A stretch of 64,000 nucleotides of DNA from positions 62,001-126,000 of the forward strand of contig JAUCBJ010006587.1 of the NCBI GenBank assembly GCA_032718475.1, in the 5' to 3' direction. The stretch comes from Nemertoderma westbladi (Eukaryota; Animalia; Xenacoelomorpha). The first letter of the stretch is position 1, and each line of letters opens with the position of its first letter. Below the pieces are notes generated by a model, which worked only from the letters and a program-made list of their open reading frames with translations, had not been told where the DNA came from and searched no databases. Shown in pieces: positions 35,114 to 48,217 of this stretch. A program made the position numbers and the translations under genes.

Positions 35114-35985
35114 TGTAAAGGCTTTTGCGTAATTAGCCGGTTATTTTCCCCGTAAAGTACTCTGTAGTTGGTTTAACCGGCATAAAAGGCCGTGTCCTTA
35201 CTGTATTGTTGTTTTAGAGGACATAAAAGCCATTTCTTCTGTATGTGTACTTTAGCGGACATGATTAGCAATTCTATGACGCAATAAGCCGGATCCTCTT
35301 GAAACAGTGTAGATACCATGACGACGGCTAACAGCTGATATTGCCACGTAGAACATCTCTTTGTTCTTTGTTCTCTCTTTGATCGGTCGACCAATCAGAG
35401 CGTTTTTTGCCTCTGTGTTGGAGATGGTATATAGAAACTAGGGAAGTGAGTCAGTATGTGAATTCTTCCACAGCCTACAACACCGGCGTGGAACCTACGT
35501 GTTTCAGTCTTTAGTTCAACATTAGTAGGCTTAATTATAGAACGTATATCCGTTATCTAATCTTATTAACTATCCATAACTTAATCATTCATACCTTAAC
35601 ATTACTGCTTTTGCTGTCGGCTATTCATTATATTTGTTGATGGAACATTATATTTGGAATACTGATAAACAATCAGACACCCCAATCTTCTTGATATACT
35701 AAAGGTTAGAGAGACCGGATACATATAACGATTGCGACTTACATTAAGTGGTTTGAAGTGAATCTAATGCTATTTTATAGGCCCTACACGTATTGTCTGT
35801 TGTTCTCCTTATATGTGACTAAAATTAGTGAAGGTCGGCAGATTAGTGTGCAGCATTGTGCAGTATTGTGTATGATTGTGATTGATAACGAAGCATCTCC
35901 TAAAGAATGCGCCATATACGTGAATCTATAGCCATCCCGTTGTGTCTGGTTTAAGTCATAACTCTGTTTATATATTTAGAGCGCC
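35114..35985 (+). repeat. 3' LTR of element A, first 872 bp (interrupted by B), preceded by PPT-like GGGAGCGG
   Basis: Appears identical to 22490-23361. Confidence 0.95.
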
Positions 35986-37153
35986 TGTAAAAGCTTTTGC
36001 GTAATTAGCCGGTTATTATCCCCGTAAAGTACTCTGTGGTTGGTTTACCAGGCATAAAAAGGCCGTGTCCTTGCTGTACTGGTGTTTTAGAGGACATAAA
36101 AGCCATTTCTTCTGTATTTGTACTTTAGAGGACATAATCCGCAATTTCGGGACGCAATAAGCTCGATACTCTTGAAAACAGTGTCGCTACCATGACGACG
36201 GCTAACAGCTGATATTGCCACGTCGACATTTCTTTGTTTCTTTGTTCTCTCGTTGTTCGGTCGACCAATCAGAGCGTTTTTTGTCTCTGTGTTGGAGGTG
36301 GATACAGAAACTCAGGAATTCAGTGTTATGTTTTTGCCCAGAGCCTAAGAACACCGGCTTTTGGCACCTCCGTGTTTCAGTCTTTAGTCTTACATTAGTA
36401 GGCTTAATTATAGAACGTATATCTGTTATCGAGTTACCTTATCAATGCAATTCAATGCTTACTAAACATATCATGCATATCTTACTTAACATTACTGCTT
36501 TTGCTGTCGGTTATTCATTATATTTGTTGATGGAAGATTATATTTGGAATACTGATCAATAGTCAGACACCCAACCTTCTTGATATACTAAAGGTTAGAG
36601 AGACCGGTTACAGATAAACGATTGCGACCTATGTTAAGTGGTTTGAAGTGAATCTAATGCTATTTTATAGGCCCTACATGTATTGTCTGTTATTCTCTTT
36701 GTATGTGACTAAAATTAGTGAAGATCGGCAGATTGGTGTGCAGCATTGTGCAGCATTGTGTATGATTGTGACTGATAACAAAGCATCTCCTAAAGAATGC
36801 GCCATATACGTGAATCTATAGCCATCTCATTGTGTCTGGTTTAAGTCATAACTCTGTTTACATATTTAGAGCGCCACGTCCTAAAGGAACTGTTAATATT
36901 TCCCGAAAGTGAATAATATTTGTCAGAGATTATATATTACGATCAGTCGAATAATACAGTAGGCTTACACCATCAATCATTAAGCTTCCGAATTCAGTCT
37001 CCCGGGTATATCCAGCGGGTGAATGATTGCGCATAGACTGGCTTCGGCTAATGTAGTGTATCAAATACTCGTCATAGGCTAAAGACTATATATCATCTAA
37101 AAGACATCCTAATTTGGCAGGTTAAACTGTCAAAGGTCTTAAAAGCGCAAACA
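35986..37153 (+). repeat. 5' LTR of element B
   Basis: TGTAAAAG...GCGCAAACA, followed by ATAACAGATAT. Confidence 0.95.
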
Positions 37154-38826
37154 ATAACAGATATTGCTTCTGGATTGCGGCGTAAGCAATCAAGTCTAAA
37201 GTACCGGTACCGGTCGAACGGTAACCTGTACTGCTGTAACCAGTAGGCCTGACTGCCTGATCATCCGAACCGGTACTCCGATCAAGTGCTAGTTGGGAAC
37301 GTAGGGGCTTCAAGTGCTGTGAGGTAAACCCCCTGTGAAAGAATAAGTCGTACTACTGGGTTAGAACGCATACTAACTAATCATTTCGGAGTCTGCATAT
37401 ACCGTAGTTTGTTTAGCCTTGATAGTAGCCTGTCAGTATTTGGTCTGCATTTTGTTTGAGTAGTTTGTACGCGTAGCGTAATATTTATTATTCAGAGTTT
37501 ATGCTATTATTCGCAACATTCATTCCCCAAGTTTATTCCTACAGTAATTGTGTATGTTATACATACCGTTATAGTTAAACTAACCCCGGTACTACATCAG
37601 GGCTGCTCGGCGTAGGTAAAGACTGGAGATTTTGTGCTTTGGTCACTCCGGCAGATACCATGGTTCTTTTAGCTGTTCAAGTATTTTTAACTACTAATTA
37701 TTTGTTGTACAAGTACTTGTACCTAATTTAGGGTTTAGTGTACAGTGCTTTCCGAAAGCAATTAGTGTGTAGGCAGTATATTTGTGTTGTAAAGTGGTTA
37801 ATAGGCACGTTGGTTCTGGTAGACCGCGGTAATTAATCTCTAGGTAGGAACACTCCGTGATACATAACGTAGTACCTATAGCGATACGGTTATAGGTCGT
37901 CAGGCGGTGGTATTTTCCTATCTGGACAACGCAGTATATTTACTACTACTTATTATTTTCAAATACCGTAGTAACCTGTCCGTTGTAATAACCAGATATA
38001 CTAACCCTTTGTTAGGCTGGTTTGTAGATTTCTTGTAAAATTACCCTAAAAATTCGTATTTGTGTATTTGTAATTAAATTTTTGTGTTTATTTAGAGATT
38101 GTAATCTCAACCCGAATTGTACGTAATTTGTAGTATTAAGTAACTTAGGTAAATTATAATTATTTGTTTTAGTGTCCAACAAGTAGCACTCCACTGAGAG
38201 CACACAGCTTCTGTGTAGTGACTCCCCCAGAAATAATAACATTTATTTCAAATATTGACAAAAACCCATTTTAACGGGTATATATATTATAAATCAACTC
38301 AAACGATTTATAAATAGTAGGCCTGCCATACAACAATTAGGTCTCAATATCAGTTGGACTACTGCTTAAATAACGGTAATAAAGTAAGTTAAAGTAACCA
38401 AGTAACCCTTAAAATTCCGAAATTCAATTATTCTAAAATAATTGATATACCGGTATTTACAATAGGCTTATTATCTTTATTTTATAAATATAGGCTGAAA
38501 TTATACCGGTATTCTGTAATTAATTCTAGTCTGTAATTATACTTATATATATACATTATAAGTGTAAGCTGTATACCGGTATTCAAGATAGGCCTATTAT
38601 ATATATAAACTTAGGCTGAAATCATACCGGTATTCTGTAATTAATTCTAGTTACTAATAATACTTATATATACCATAAGCATACCGGTATTCTAATATTA
38701 TATATATATCACGCTACACTGAGTAGCAGTATCGGTAATTAATTACTAGGCTAGCAGTTAATACTGAATTACTAGACTTGCTTTAACTGTATTTATAGCC
38801 GTAGGCATTCAACTGTGTAAACAAAC

Positions 38827-41800
38827 ATGTCTGACACAACCCAATCACTGTCGGATAGTCTCCTAGATAGTGTTAGAATGACTGTTAGACAGTGTCTTAA
38901 AAGGATCAGTGACCCAGATCCAAGTATAGAACATCCTAGATCCAAGTCTAAGTCCCCTCCTACTGTAAGAAAGGCCATCCCTACAGTAGTAGTGTCAGAC
39001 CCTAGACTAGTAGAACATCGTAGGTCTATCATAGGCACTCAAGCTCAGGTCAAGCGGGACCAAGAAGCAGCGGAACAGCAACAACCCGCGAGCCAAGAAT
39101 TTATTTCTCAGCGGCCCGACAGCTCCAGTAGCGAGGATACTGTAGAGCTGACACCCGAGCGCGGAGCAAGGATGACGGATGCGGTTTATTCGGATCCCCT
39201 TCTCATCCTTCCTGCAGCCGTACTCACTAGGTTATTGATTGCGGTGGAAGAACACCAGATCCATTGGGCGAGAAGTAAGCGATCAACTAAAGATAGTTAT
39301 GCGGGATACACAAGGGAAGAACTGAAGTCTATGGTCGAGTCGCAATGGAACTTCCCCGGACCCGGACTCCCGTTTGATTTATCAGAAGCTGCCTGGGAAG
39401 ACATACACCGGATGGGAGTAGCCAAGGAAACCATCGATCCAGCTGTGTGGAAGAGGTCCGCAGCCGGATACGCACAGGGATTCTTCAGCTCTATGGAGCG
39501 AGTAAAAGAACAACTGTTTCAACAACCTCAAGGACCTCAAGAGCAGGGACAACTGCTTTATCAAGTTAGAGAGAGAATTCTGCGAATTAGGCTAATCTTA
39601 TCGGCCTTTGAGGAGGCTTCTAAAAGAAGACAAGACACGTCGTTGCAAGTTGCCGTAAAGACTTGGTTTCAACGGGTGAGTCTCCAAGTTCAAGGAACGG
39701 CTCAGTGGAAAGCTCAGCTGGAGGAGCGCTCAACCCATGGAGAATCAACAGACGCTACTTTTTCCCAAGTGGAAAGTGAAGCGACGGCAGAGAACCCGCA
39801 TAAGAGGGATGCCATTGATATCTATCTGTCAGACTATCAACGTTTCTTAGGTGATGAAGAGTTGAGGAGAAGGTTGGATGGACTTAACCCTAATAGTGAA
39901 GGAGCACAGCGTGTGCTTGACGCCATCGACGTGGATAGGTTAGCGGCGAACCACGCTAAATTCGATGAACAACTCCGCATCGCTAGAGACCAAGAAGAAA
40001 AGGTGAAGAAAAAAGGCATAGAAGACAGAAAGAAAGCAGCAGTAGCAGCTGCAGAAGCCGAAAGGAAAGCAGCCGAAGAGGAAAGTAAAGCAGCCGAAAT
40101 GGAAAGAAAAGCGGCAGCGGCAGAGGCAGAAGCGAAAAGAAAGGCGGCAGCGGCAGAGGCAGAAGCGAAAAGAAAAGCAGCCGAAATGGAAAGAAAAGCG
40201 GCAATGGCAGCGGCAGAAGCGGAGCGGATAGCGGCTGAAGAGATCGCCCAATTAGAATTGGAAAATATTCAGGAGAATCAAGACTGCATAAATAAACAGT
40301 TAACAGCTAGTAATATGCAGATGATGAATCGATCTACTCCCAAAAGACAGGGATATACATCATCTGAGGAAGGCGATACCACCGATACTGAAGGCAAAGG
40401 AAATAGATCTCACCTAAGCAGACGTAAAAGAACATCCCACCGTCAGAAATTGCCTGATTTGCCTCCAGCTGTTAGAAGGCAACTAAATAACACCAACTTA
40501 GGTAGTACAGAACCCACAGACCAAATAATTACAATAGAGAGACTCCCTACTATAGTAGATGAGCCTGAAATAATTAGGCCTGTTCCCGAAGCTACCCTTT
40601 CGGTGGTAGAGACACCTGTACTCCCTGAACCTACCTCTAAATTCCCTTTGCACAGTACTAAGCTACCTGTGCCCAGCAGAACAGCCCATGAGACAGTTCA
40701 TGCCCTGGACTCCGAGCGAAATATTCATGATTTGTCGCCCGTTGTCCCTCGTCCGCCCGCTACAACGTTGGCGAATCCCGCTTCGGCGGTCGAATGGGTG
40801 GATGAGAGACGACGGGGGATGGATCTCCTGCTCGGACAGATGCAGGAGACCGTTCAGCAATTCAAGGGCACAGTAAGGGAAAGTAGGCTAGAGTTGCAAG
40901 AAGTGCAGCAAAGTATCGCGCTAGAACGCGATAAATTAGTAAATACACAAAAGGGTATACCACCACCCCCTGTAACAATGTGTCAACCTGTTAGGTCTGA
41001 AGTATCTCATGCGCAAGGTGTGGAGCCTACACGCATCTATACTGCTAGCGAAGTAGAAACTCCTATAGTGAACCCTATTAAGGGTAATTATAGACCTGTT
41101 GATAATGATATTCCCTATAGACCGGATCATAATCTGAGAAATTTATATACCGATAACTCGATATTAAATAACACGATGGCCCAAGAAAGTTTTACGCGTC
41201 AAATGGCTAGAACCGAAGCCTGGCAAGCGGTAAAGGTGGGAGAGATCGTCAAGTTCAATGGAGATGAGATGAAATGGTTACCTTTTAATGAATATTACAA
41301 AGATAACATACAGAACTCTGTACTATCTAATGGAGAGAAACTTAGATTCCTCATCGAGTGCTTGGAAGGATCTCCCAAGTTAATGGCGTTAAAGTTTATT
41401 GGACATCCAGACGGATTAAGACAAGTTTGGGATACACTAAACATCAGGTATGGTAATAGGAATAACATAGCTAGGTATTTGTATGCAAAATTAATGGTGC
41501 CCCGAAAGTTTCTTAGCAGCGGGATTATAGAGTTTTCCGATGAGATTCAGGAGATCTGTAGACAATTAGATTGGCTAGGTAAGTCTCATGTATACCAGAA
41601 TTCTATGGTTGTAGGAGCCTTAGCATCTACTTTGCCCAAGGGTGGAGTAGGTACACGCTGGGACAAGAAAGTGTTATATATGATGGAACAACAACGACGA
41701 GACCCTACCATGGCTGATCTCATGTCATTCTTAGATGGAGAAGTGAAATTACAGCTCCTAAGGCAGTCCAGAGAGAAGACACTGGAAAACAAGGTAAGTG

Positions 41801-42363
41801 AGAAACCCGTTTCTAGGAGAAGGGTAACACCAGTGTGTTATACAGACGACGGCGAAAGCCAGACTTCTCAAGGAGAGGATAGCGGGAAAGACACTGAAAG
41901 ATCTTATTATGTCAATAAAACGCCTAAAGACCAGGTAAGTAAATTCAAGTCTCGAACCAATGACAGGAGAGAACAGGTAAGAAAAACTCCTCCTACGTCT
42001 CCCAAGAGAATTCAGGTGAGAAAGCCCGAGGAAAGAACGAACGTGCACCACACAGCACATGTTAAAGTAAGTAACATCAAGCCCAAATGTGTGCTGTGCG
42101 ATGGGCCCCACCGTTTAAGTGCGTGTGATGAATTCCTGAGGAAATCACTAAAGGACAGACGTGAAGTCATGTGGGATAAGCGGTTGTGTTATAATTGCCT
42201 CAGACGAGGACACCAACGGCGAACCTGTTACTCCGACGTAAGGTGTGCAAAGTGCGGCGCGAAACATCATATCTTGTTGCACACGGAATTCGAACGAAAC
42301 AGCCCGAGTCAGGTAAGTGAGTCCGAACTACATGTCCAATTCAGTGATGTGAACGACACTTGA
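38827..42363 (+). CDS. gag: gag of element B (1178 aa; ends at a 1-nt insertion)
   Basis: Long ORF with an Ala/Glu/Lys coiled-coil repeat, a BEL capsid-like region (KFNGDEMKWLPF...EKLRFLIECLEG) and three zinc knuckles. Confidence 0.88.
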   Translation: MSDTTQSLSDSLLDSVRMTVRQCLKRISDPDPSIEHPRSKSKSPPTVRKAIPTVVVSDPRLVEHRRSIIGTQAQVKRDQEAAEQQQPASQEFISQRPDSSSSEDTVELTPERGARMTDAVYSDPLLILPAAVLTRLLIAVEEHQIHWARSKRSTKDSYAGYTREELKSMVESQWNFPGPGLPFDLSEAAWEDIHRMGVAKETIDPAVWKRSAAGYAQGFFSSMERVKEQLFQQPQGPQEQGQLLYQVRERILRIRLILSAFEEASKRRQDTSLQVAVKTWFQRVSLQVQGTAQWKAQLEERSTHGESTDATFSQVESEATAENPHKRDAIDIYLSDYQRFLGDEELRRRLDGLNPNSEGAQRVLDAIDVDRLAANHAKFDEQLRIARDQEEKVKKKGIEDRKKAAVAAAEAERKAAEEESKAAEMERKAAAAEAEAKRKAAAAEAEAKRKAAEMERKAAMAAAEAERIAAEEIAQLELENIQENQDCINKQLTASNMQMMNRSTPKRQGYTSSEEGDTTDTEGKGNRSHLSRRKRTSHRQKLPDLPPAVRRQLNNTNLGSTEPTDQIITIERLPTIVDEPEIIRPVPEATLSVVETPVLPEPTSKFPLHSTKLPVPSRTAHETVHALDSERNIHDLSPVVPRPPATTLANPASAVEWVDERRRGMDLLLGQMQETVQQFKGTVRESRLELQEVQQSIALERDKLVNTQKGIPPPPVTMCQPVRSEVSHAQGVEPTRIYTASEVETPIVNPIKGNYRPVDNDIPYRPDHNLRNLYTDNSILNNTMAQESFTRQMARTEAWQAVKVGEIVKFNGDEMKWLPFNEYYKDNIQNSVLSNGEKLRFLIECLEGSPKLMALKFIGHPDGLRQVWDTLNIRYGNRNNIARYLYAKLMVPRKFLSSGIIEFSDEIQEICRQLDWLGKSHVYQNSMVVGALASTLPKGGVGTRWDKKVLYMMEQQRRDPTMADLMSFLDGEVKLQLLRQSREKTLENKVSEKPVSRRRVTPVCYTDDGESQTSQGEDSGKDTERSYYVNKTPKDQVSKFKSRTNDRREQVRKTPPTSPKRIQVRKPEERTNVHHTAHVKVSNIKPKCVLCDGPHRLSACDEFLRKSLKDRREVMWDKRLCYNCLRRGHQRRTCYSDVRCAKCGAKHHILLHTEFERNSPSQVSESELHVQFSDVNDT

Positions 42364-42376
42364 CCAATATTCTGAG

Positions 42377-43519
42377 ATGGAAGGATTCTATACGGACGAA
42401 TTCTCCGACGAAAACGAATCCTGTTACCTAACAAATACCGCAGTGTATCGAGCACTTACGTATGAAAAAGACACCGACAGCGAGCCCCCCCTAACTACTT
42501 CTGACAGACAACCATCTTGGAAAGCACCACCTTCCAATGTAGGAATCCGAGAATTTCCTGTAGTACAGGTAAGGGTCCACGGACCTAAAAGGAGTTATGA
42601 AGTGAACGCCCTCCTTGACTCCGGTAGTACAGGAACATTCATCGACAAAGAACTAGCCGAAGACATCTTTGCTGGACAACCCAAGTTCCGAACTAAGCTA
42701 AACATGTCAGGAATTATGCAGGTTTGGAAATCTACAGTAATCGCAGATTATTATGTAGGTGCGTTGTCCACCCCCCAGGATGAACTAGGAGAACAGAGCA
42801 TAAGGTCAGTAAAAATGTTAGCGATAAAGAACTTCGCGACCAGCCAAGTGGAACCTTATAACTGGGATGAGGACGATTTCACCCAGCAGTTTGAAATACC
42901 TAGATTCAACACCGATTACCCTGGAGTCCAAATACTCATCGGTCAAAATGCGCATGAAGCGCTCGAGACATTGGAGAAACGGCCTGCTCAACCGCAACCT
43001 CTACAAGTTTATGCGGGAGGAACTAGAGTAGGTTGGTACTTTACTGGCCCTTCTCGTAGAACTCTTATGGAAAGATTACCAAAAGAACAGGTATATCAAT
43101 TAAGTGAATGGGAAGTGGAGAGCAGTGAAGTTGACGACCCAACTGAGGGAACACCATACTCCTCAGATAATGACGACATCAACTCCAATGTAGATCAATG
43201 GAGACATTGCCCCGAGACGATTAATCTAGCCGACATCGCTTCCAGAGGAGCAACTCCTCAAGAACTTACAGATACTCCAGACCGGTTAGGTGGACCCGAC
43301 TTCCTAAGTAAAGAAGATGAATGGCCTCCTCATCTTACCACGGTGAAGATTAGACAGGCCAAGGGAGCGGAGAAAGTAACACAACCACTCAATCGCCCAG
43401 CTGGTCGTTTATGTTTACCGGAAAGAGACCGAAAACTGTCCGGAAACTATGGAAGGCAAGATACTCTTCCCACGACCACCTCCCTAATCCAAAAAATATC
43501 TAGGGACTCCATAACGTGA
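42377..43519 (+). pseudogene. pro: Protease and fused pol remnants of element B
   Basis: LLDSGS and the same two deletion junctions as A. Out of frame with gag because of an extra T at ~42361. Confidence 0.88.
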
Positions 43520-45161
43520 CAACATACGGAGTGGGTGTGTGACTATATTATTTTATATTTATTTTTATTATTTTATATTATGTATGTATTATTATGTAAT
43601 TTTATTATAATCGTTTTCTTTAATTTTATTTAGTAGAATGTTATTTAGTGATTATTTAGTAGATTAGTGCAATATATTAGTGTTTATTACTTAATTACTT
43701 ATATATTATATTTAATGCGACGGCGAGAAATAATTCTTTTTCTCCTTCCTTACTGTCCGTATTACATTACAAATACGTAACTACAGTAAGATGAAATGTC
43801 CGTACTTATTAAAGTACAATAAAGCCACTACTATATTCAAGTATTATTGGTAGGCAGGGTATTAGGAATGCAAAGTTCAGATCCTCGTGTCTCGGCTAAA
43901 CCAAGCTCTGGGTAGACCTTGGAAACGACTTGCCTCTTCACACTGACATTGCTTCGTGCGATATTGCTCTCATACCGTATATTAAATAATACATATAGTA
44001 GCGTGATGTCCCTTTAACAGTAGCGTATAACGCAAATAAATCTGTTAAACCCTTTGATCATATGTAATTCTAGTCGATTAAGATATCGTGGCACCCACCG
44101 ATACGCTTGAAAGACAAATTTCTAGAATCAATGGTTAACGTCCCCAGACAAGTTCTGGAATAAACTGGTGCCCATCCTAAATATTAATTATTAATATTTA
44201 CAAAAATCTGTCAAATATCAGATCCTTTAAAATTCTAGTCGATTAAGATATCGTAGCACTTACCGATGCTCTTAAAAGGACAAAATTCCGAGAATCAAGG
44301 ATCCCAGTCCCCAGACACGTTCTGGAATAAAATTGTGTCTATTTAACATTAAATAATAAAATTTACGGGAATAAATTTAAATTCATACTTTAATGAATTT
44401 AATAAATTGCAATTTTATACAATTTATAACATTCCCAAAATTCCATTAATTAATAGATCATGGGAGCGGAGATTCACTATATTAAGTGTATTTGTGTGTG
44501 AGAATCTCCAATGTATAGTCAATAGCCGATAAAATTCATAAAATCATATATAGAGAGGATATTGACAATTAAAGAATTACTATTAAATAGCATCCCAGAT
44601 CTGTATGCATGAGAATTACCCTAATTCTACCGCTAGCTTTCCATAATGTCACCATGGCAACAACCACGCTAGAATTAGAAGTGAGTTAAAAGAACAATAA
44701 AGGGCTTGCGTATTGAATAGCATACGGAATAAATAGCACACCGCTAGTATCCAAGGATACATAATAACAACGTGACATTCTGGAAGGCACTTGACTAACG
44801 GACAAATGACCCAAATGTGTGATAGAATGTGTACCATTTGTGACTGTTACGTGGAATTTGTGCGTTTGTAGGTGAATGTTACTACTAAGGTGTGTTTACA
44901 GTAGCGAGTCGCAATTGTGAAAGTAACCCTAACTCTCCAGTAAGAACCTGAAGTATATCTAAGCCTTTGGGACGGACGGTGGAGTGGCTCGTGCTGGTTG
45001 TTGTAGTCGTTGTGCAGCTACGACGTTGGCGATAGGCACATCGGCGAAAGTACACCAGCGCTGAGGATCTCGCACTGTCCGGGGGCAGATAGGGGTAGGC
45101 AGCGACGCCCGCTCGCCTAAATATAAACTCATTATAATATGGATAAACTTATATAGCAGAT

Positions 45162-46686
45162 ATGATTGAGTTGATAGAGATGATCTTGGTATCAGGGAAC
45201 GATATACTCTACCTTTACAAGCGTTTGTTGATAGCTTGATACGCGGCGACGCTGGTCCAACTACTACGGAGGACGATGGTCGTTATATCTAACTGCCAAT
45301 GTCCCGGGAGCAACTTGCGCGTGGGTTAGACTGTAGAAAATTCACCGCTCGCTATACGCATCGTAATGGTACGTATATGGACTTCTTAACTACTGGTCAT
45401 CCTATCGACCTACACGATACGAACGATATAGACACCAAAGGGAAATGGTTTATTTAAATATCATACCCAGCGGAAGCGGAACGATAAACTGAGACTCGAA
45501 CACGAAAATTCTATTCGAAACCGACTCGAAAGTGCAGATGTCGAAGAGCCGGATAAACGCAGCGACTCCACCAAATACCTGGAATTCTTGAGAGAAACCT
45601 ATCTCGATATTACCAGTCAACAGAATCTAGAAACTCGATATCCTCAAGGTATACATCATGACCGCATGGTAGAACTCAAACGGCTCTATTCCACTATGAT
45701 GTATCTTACCGCCGATCGATCGCTACCTGTTGTATCGGATAGCTTCGAACGGATGGAGGAATATTGTAAGCTGGAGAAAGATCACTCGCGTTTCCCCTAC
45801 AAGACGTGCGTTTTTGGTATTATTGCGAGGAATGCCCAAGACCCAACCAACAAACGGAAAGACATAAACATCCGCGGAGACGTTGCTTTAAACACGGTTT
45901 TACTCGCTATACTTACGGGAGTTTCGAGCGAAACTTGTTCGATGTATCACCTACGCTCGTTCGACTCAGACGATCCTTAAATAAACCAATGATCAGAGTT
46001 TCGGAATACTCGATCAGAACTCCTCATTCCCTAGTGAGACTTCAGACTCTTGATCCTATTAGTATGACGGATCCTCCCGAGCTGTACTCACTGCTCAAAG
46101 ATCTAGTGTTACCTGAACAATTAGTCGGTGGCACCCCAGTTGTGGGCTTCCTAGATACTAGCCCATTCTACCTAGCCGGATTGGGACGCGGACATTTAAT
46201 ATCGCCGTTTAACCCTTACCATCGTCCCGTCCCGGCTTAACACGATATAACCTGTCACCAAAGTGGCGGAGAACGTTGTACCAAACGAGTTAAACGCTAT
46301 TCTACAAAGATCAGAAAGGAAACCTGCGTTTGTTCAGATAAACGTAAGTTGTAACAGCAAGTCCAAGCGATAAACGAATTGTCTTTATCTCAGTTCGATT
46401 GTAAAATCCAGAATCTCTAAGAAGATATCGAACTTAGGCAACCCCATTCTCTGCGAGAGTTTTTGGATGAACGTATCCAGCTACGAGCGGAGGAAAATCA
46501 GCTCGAGGAGAAGCATATCGAAACGGCGGATACCCCGACCATAATCCTACACCTTCTGATGCAATCATATTGCACCCTTCACCCAGGATTTATAGCCCTC
46601 CTAGTAAAGTGGCTCGCCCCAAAGAGAAAAGGACTCTTGCTAGCCTCAAAAAACTGCGTAAACGCCGTCTGCGTAAGAAAGACTAA
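45162..46686 (+). pseudogene. Extra ORF3 of element B (disrupted)
   Basis: Homologous to 33513-35035, with additional frameshifts. Confidence 0.7.
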
Positions 46687-46764
46687 CTGTTTAGAGTATC
46701 TTTATATTTTAGAAACTGTGATTTGTTATATTTTATAGACTTAAATCCCATTTTCTGGGAGCGG

Positions 46765-47932
46765 TGTAAAAGCTTTTGCGTAATTAGCCGGTTATTATCC
46801 CCGTAAAGTACTCTGTGGTTGGTTTACCAGGCATAAAAAGGCCGTGTCCTTGCTGTACTGGTGTTTTAGAGGACATAAAAGCCATTTCTTCTGTATTTGT
46901 ACTTTAGAGGACATAATCCGCAATTTCGGGACGCAATAAGCTCGATACTCTTGAAAACAGTGTCGCTACCATGACGACGGCTAACAGCTGATATTGCCAC
47001 GTCGACATTTCTTTGTTTCTTTGTTCTCTCGTTGTTCGGTCGACCAATCAGAGCGTTTTTTGTCTCTGTGTTGGAGGTGGATACAGAAACTCAGGAATTC
47101 AGTGTTATGTTTTTGCCCAGAGCCTAAGAACACCGGCTTTTGGCACCTCCGTGTTTCAGTCTTTAGTCTTACATTAGTAGGCTTAATTATAGAACGTATA
47201 TCTGTTATCGAGTTACCTTATCAATGCAATTCAATGCTTACTAAACATATCATGCATATCTTACTTAACATTACTGCTTTTGCTGTCGGTTATTCATTAT
47301 ATTTGTTGATGGAAGATTATATTTGGAATACTGATCAATAGTCAGACACCCAACCTTCTTGATATACTAAAGGTTAGAGAGACCGGTTACAGATAAACGA
47401 TTGCGACCTATGTTAAGTGGTTTGAAGTGAATCTAATGCTATTTTATAGGCCCTACATGTATTGTCTGTTATTCTCTTTGTATGTGACTAAAATTAGTGA
47501 AGGTCGGCAGATTGGTGTGCAGCATTGTGCAGCATTGTGTACGATTGTGACTGATAACAAAGCATCTCCTAAAGAATGCGCCATATACGTGAATCTATAG
47601 CCATCTCATTGCGTCTGGTTTAAGTCATAACTCTGTTTACATATTTAGAGCGCCACGTCCTAAAGGAACTGTTAATATTTCCCGAAAGTGAATAATATTT
47701 GTCAGAGATTATATATTACGATCAGTCGAATAATACAGTAGGCTTACACCATCAATCATTAAGCTTCCGAATTCAGTCTCCCGGGTATATCCAGCGGGTG
47801 AATGATTGCGCATAGACTGGCTTCGGCTAATGTAGTGTATCAAATACTCGTCATAGGCTAAAGACTATATATCATCTAAAAGACATCCTAATTTGGCAGG
47901 TTAAACTGTCAAAGGTCTTAAAAGCGCAAACA
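46765..47932 (+). repeat. 3' LTR of element B
   Basis: Copy of 35986-37153, preceded by TTTTCTGGGAGCGG. Confidence 0.95.
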
Positions 47933-47937
47933 GCGCC

Positions 47938-48217
47938 ACGTCCTAAAGGAACTGTTAATATTTCCCGAAAGTGAATAATATTTGTCAGAGATTATATATA
48001 TTAAGATCAGTCGAATAATACAGTAGGCCTATCCCGCAATACGATTAGGCTTCCGAATCCAGTCTCCCGGGTATATCCAGCGGGTGAATGATCGCGCATA
48101 GACTGGTTTCGGCTAATGTAGTGTATCAAATATTTGTCGTAGGCTAAAGACTATCTATTATCTAGAAGACATCCTAATTTGGCAGGTTAAACTGCTAAAG
48201 GTCTGAAAGCGCGAACA
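47938..48217 (+). repeat. Last 280 bp of the 3' LTR of element A
   Basis: Matches 23362-23641 (A-type, e.g. GGCCTATCCCGCAATACG) with 2 substitutions seen, followed by TSD CACTC. Confidence 0.95.

Larger units (their letters stand above)
35986..47932 (+). mobile_element. BEL/Pao LTR retrotransposon copy B (non-autonomous), nested in the 3' LTR of A
   Basis: TSD GCGCC (35981-35985, 47933-47937). LTRs 35986-37153 and 46765-47932 are 1168 bp each, with 3 differences seen. Confidence 0.95.
22490..48217 (+). mobile_element. BEL/Pao LTR retrotransposon copy A (non-autonomous), including a nested LINE and nested copy B
   Basis: TGT...ACA termini, 5-bp TSD CACTC (22485-22489, 48218-48222), near-identical LTRs, BEL-type gag and protease. 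Confidence 0.95.

Noticed and set aside
36215-36562. 115-aa ORF in the LTR of B (and 73-aa antisense ORF in the LTR of A)
   Set aside because: Repeated only because LTRs are duplicated; the frame is not kept in the other LTR subfamilies.
35114-37153. Tandem elements sharing an LTR, or an assembly duplication
   Set aside because: Two separate TSDs (CACTC, GCGCC) and the A-type LTR remainder at 47938-48217 show true nesting.
42355-42380. Programmed gag-pro frameshift in B
   Set aside because: It is a single extra T with no slippery heptamer, and A and C are in frame here.
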